Shown here: positions 60,729 through 64,000 of the stretch, in pieces
Layout: each line of letters starts with the position of its first letter
Position numbering within the stretch: position 1 is the stretch's first letter
From: Macrostomum lignano
Lineage: Eukaryota
Direction of reading: 5' to 3'
Assembly (NCBI GenBank): GCA_002269645.1
Contig: NIVC01000673.1
Coordinates: forward strand, 124,001-188,000
Length of the DNA: 64,000 nt
The notes under the pieces: model-generated
Databases searched by the model: none
What the model was told of the DNA's origin: nothing
Seen by the model: only the letters and a program-made list of their open reading frames with translations
Made by a program: the position numbers and the translations under genes

Positions 60729-62672
60729 ATGAACTTCTCCGAGCTCATCCCTTTCTCAGGCGGCAGTCGCCTGGCCAGCTTCTCCCCAAGCGGATTTTAC
60801 CTGGCCGAGGCGGCCCAATTTCGGGCGAACGTGCGCGACAGCAAATCCTTGGAGCTGCTGCAGTCCTTCGCCTGCGCCGATCAGATCACGGATTTGGCCT
60901 GGTCGCCTGACAGCTTGTTTCTGATGTGCGTCATGCGCAAGAGGGCGCTGGTGCAGGTGAGGGACTTTATTCGATACATATCGGCTGTTTGTTTCAAACT
61001 AATTCACAAAGTTGTTTTCGATACATATCGGCTGCTTCTTTAAAACTAATTCATTGTTTGTTTCGATGCATATCGGCTATTTGTTTCAAACTAATTCACA
61101 AATTTGTTTTCGATACATATCGGCTGCTTCTTTAAAACTAATTCATTGTTTGTTTTCGATACATATCGGCTAATAGCTGCACTATAATGCAGATCTTTTA
61201 CGGTTACCCAACCTTCACCGCTCGCCTTCCCAGGTGTGGTCCCTTGAGCACCCGGACTGGGCTTGCAAAATTGACGAAGGCGTCGCCGGTTTGGTCGCCG
61301 CCTGCTGGGCGCCGGACAGTCGGCGAGTGCTGACCACGGCCGACTTTAATCTGCGGGTGACTGTCTGGTCGCTGACTGACAAGACGGTGGCTTATTTGAA
61401 GCACCCGAAGGCCTGCTCGAAGTATATAGCGTTCAGGTGAGCTCTGGAAAAAATGGCACTCGGGTCCTAAAAATGGCACTCTGGTTCTAAAAATGGCACT
61501 CGGGTCCTAAAAATGGCACTCTGGTTCTAAAAATGGCACTCGGGTCCTAAAAATGGCACTCGGGCCCTAAAAATGGCACTCTGGTTCTAAAAATGGCACT
61601 CGGGTCCTAAAAATGGCACTCTGGTTCTAAAAATGGCACTCGGGTCCTAAAAATGGCACTCTGGTTCTAAAAATGGCACTCTGGTTCTAAAAATGGCACT
61701 CGGGTCCTAAAAATGGCACTCGGGCCCTAAAAATGGCACTCTGGTTCTAAAAATGGCACTCGGGTCCTAAAAATGGCACTCGGGCCCTAAAAATGGCACT
61801 CTGGTTCTAAAAATGGCACTCGGGTCCTAAAAATAGCACTCGGGCCCTACAAATGGCACTCTGGTTCTAAAAATGGCACTCGGGTTCTAAAAATGGCACT
61901 CGAGCCCTAAAAATGGCACTCTGGTTCTAAAAATGGCACTCGGGTCCTAAAAATGGCACTCGGGCCCTAAAAATGGCACTCTGGTTCTAAAAATGGCACT
62001 CGGGTCCTAAAAATGGCACTCGGGTCCTAAAAATGGCACTCGGGCCCTAAAAATGGCACTCTGGTTCTAAAAATGGCACTCGGGGCCTAAAATAACACCC
62101 GGGTTTCTACTAAAAACTGGATTGCTGATTTCAGAAGTGGCATCAATGATTTCAGAAATGGCATCACTGATTTCAGAAATGGCATCACTGATTTCAGAAG
62201 TGGCATCACTGATTTCAGAAATGGCATCTCGGATTTCATTCCGCCTTCCCCATCCCCAAATCCCCTCAGCTCGGACGGCTGCCTGCTGGCCCTGGCCGAG
62301 CGTCGCGGCCTCAAAGACTGCGTCTCCGTGTTCAACTGCGGCGGTGACACCGGCTGGCAGCTGGTCGCCCATTTCGATGCCGGCACCGAAGACCTGGACG
62401 GCCTGGCCTGGTCGCCTGACGCCACTGCTCTGGCCTGCTGGGACGGCTGCCTGCGCAGTCGGGTGGCGATTTTCTCGCCGACAGGTTCGCGATTGTTATG
62501 GTGATGTTGATGATGATGATGATGATGGTGATGTTGATGATGATGATGATGATGATGATTGTGATGATGATGATTGTGATGATGATGATGATGATGATTA
62601 TGGTGATGATGATGATGATGATGATGATGATGGTGATGAAGATGATGATGACGATTGTGATGATGATGATGG

Positions 62673-62707
<35 letters not shown>

Positions 62708-62708
62708 G

Positions 62709-62746
<38 letters not shown>

Positions 62747-62750
62747 ATGG

Positions 62751-62782
<32 letters not shown>

Positions 62783-62819
62783 GTGATGAAGATGATGATG
62801 ACGATTGTGATGACGATTG

Positions 62820-62851
<32 letters not shown>

Positions 62852-62855
62852 ATGG

Positions 62856-62890
<35 letters not shown>

Positions 62891-62939
62891 GTGATGATGA
62901 TGATTGTGATGATGATGATGATGATGATGATGATTATGG

Positions 62940-62980
<41 letters not shown>

Positions 62981-63062
62981 GTGATGAAGATGATGATGAC
63001 GATTGTGATGACGATTGTGATGATGATGATGATGATGATGATGATTGTGATGATGATGATTG

Positions 63063-63100
<38 letters not shown>

Positions 63101-63176
63101 ATGGTGATGATGATGATGATGATGGTGATGAAGATGATGATGACGATTGTGATGACGATTGTGATGATGATGATGG

Positions 63177-63208
<32 letters not shown>

Positions 63209-63224
63209 GTGATGATGATGATTG

Positions 63225-63262
<38 letters not shown>

Positions 63263-63266
63263 ATGG

Positions 63267-63307
<41 letters not shown>

Positions 63308-63423
63308 GTGATGAAGATGATGATGACGATTGTGATGATGATTGTGATGATGATGATGATGATGGTGATGGTGATGATGATGATGGTGATATGGTGATGA
63401 TGATGATTGTGATGTTGATGATA

Positions 63424-63455
<32 letters not shown>

Positions 63456-64000
63456 GATGATGATTGTGATGATGATGATTGTGATGATGATGATAATGAT
63501 GATGATAACGGTGGTGGTGTTAATAGTGATGATAATGATGGTGATGATGATTGTGATGATGATGATGGTGATAATGGTGATGGTGATGATGGTGATGGTG
63601 ATGATGATGGTGATGGTAATGTTGCTGGTGATGGTGATGATAGTGATGATGCTGATGATGATAGTTTCCATACTTATCCTCAAATTCATCCCATCCCCGA
63701 ACTCACCCCACGCAGGCACACAGCTGCACACATTCAGCGCTTACCCCCTGGAGCGCGGCCTGGGCACCAAGTGCGTGGAGTGGTCGCCATCCTCCCAGTT
63801 CCTGGCAGTCGGCTGCTACGACGGCTCGCTGCGGCTGTTGAACAACATCACCTGGGAGCCGCTGGCCGAGATGCGCGGCCAGACCTGTGTGGAGCCGCCG
63901 CCATCCTCCTCAGCCTCATCATCGGGGATCGTCGCTTATCGAGAGATCGAATCCCCATCCGGTTTGCCCAGATACGAGGCTTCATCACCCGGTGACCCTC
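60729..64000 (+). CDS. WRAP73: WRAP73 second copy, runs off the window end
   Basis: Exons 60729-60956, 61234-61436, 62270-62484, 63716->64000, with intact splice sites and frame. The differences from copy 1 that I could see are synonymous. Confidence 0.92.
62498..63660. repeat. (GAT)n-type microsatellite in intron 3 of WRAP73 copy 2
   Basis: Seen directly; longer than in copy 1. Confidence 0.95.

Overview
Eukaryotic (metazoan) genomic DNA: GC-rich exons with GT-AG introns that are packed with mini- and microsatellites. The style resembles the free-living flatworm Macrostomum, but that is inference, not proven. All recognisable genes are on the + strand: the 3' part of MEGF8 (70-7355); WRAP73/WDR8 (9381-13227); an intronless, frameshifted, truncated MARCHF6/Doa10-like RING-CH ligase (14655-15853); a 9-exon chitobiase-type GH20 beta-hexosaminidase (24723-33942) whose first exon lies in a ~6.2 kb tandem duplication; and a 3-exon, ~1803-aa protein joining a long ankyrin array to a Mab-21/cGAS-like nucleotidyltransferase (41224-52742). 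A diverged second copy of the MEGF8 last exon plus WRAP73 follows (57150-64000). Mobile DNA comprises two nested non-autonomous hAT-type elements, each with an 8-bp TSD, and a degenerate LINE fragment. The best candidate for an undescribed system is the ankyrin-cGLR gene. The ORF track splits it into three unconnected ORFs, but the splice phases join them in frame. Its 21 x 99-bp ankyrin units vary mainly at the ligand-binding positions. All gene models were built by eye from splice signals and reading frame; no database searches were run.
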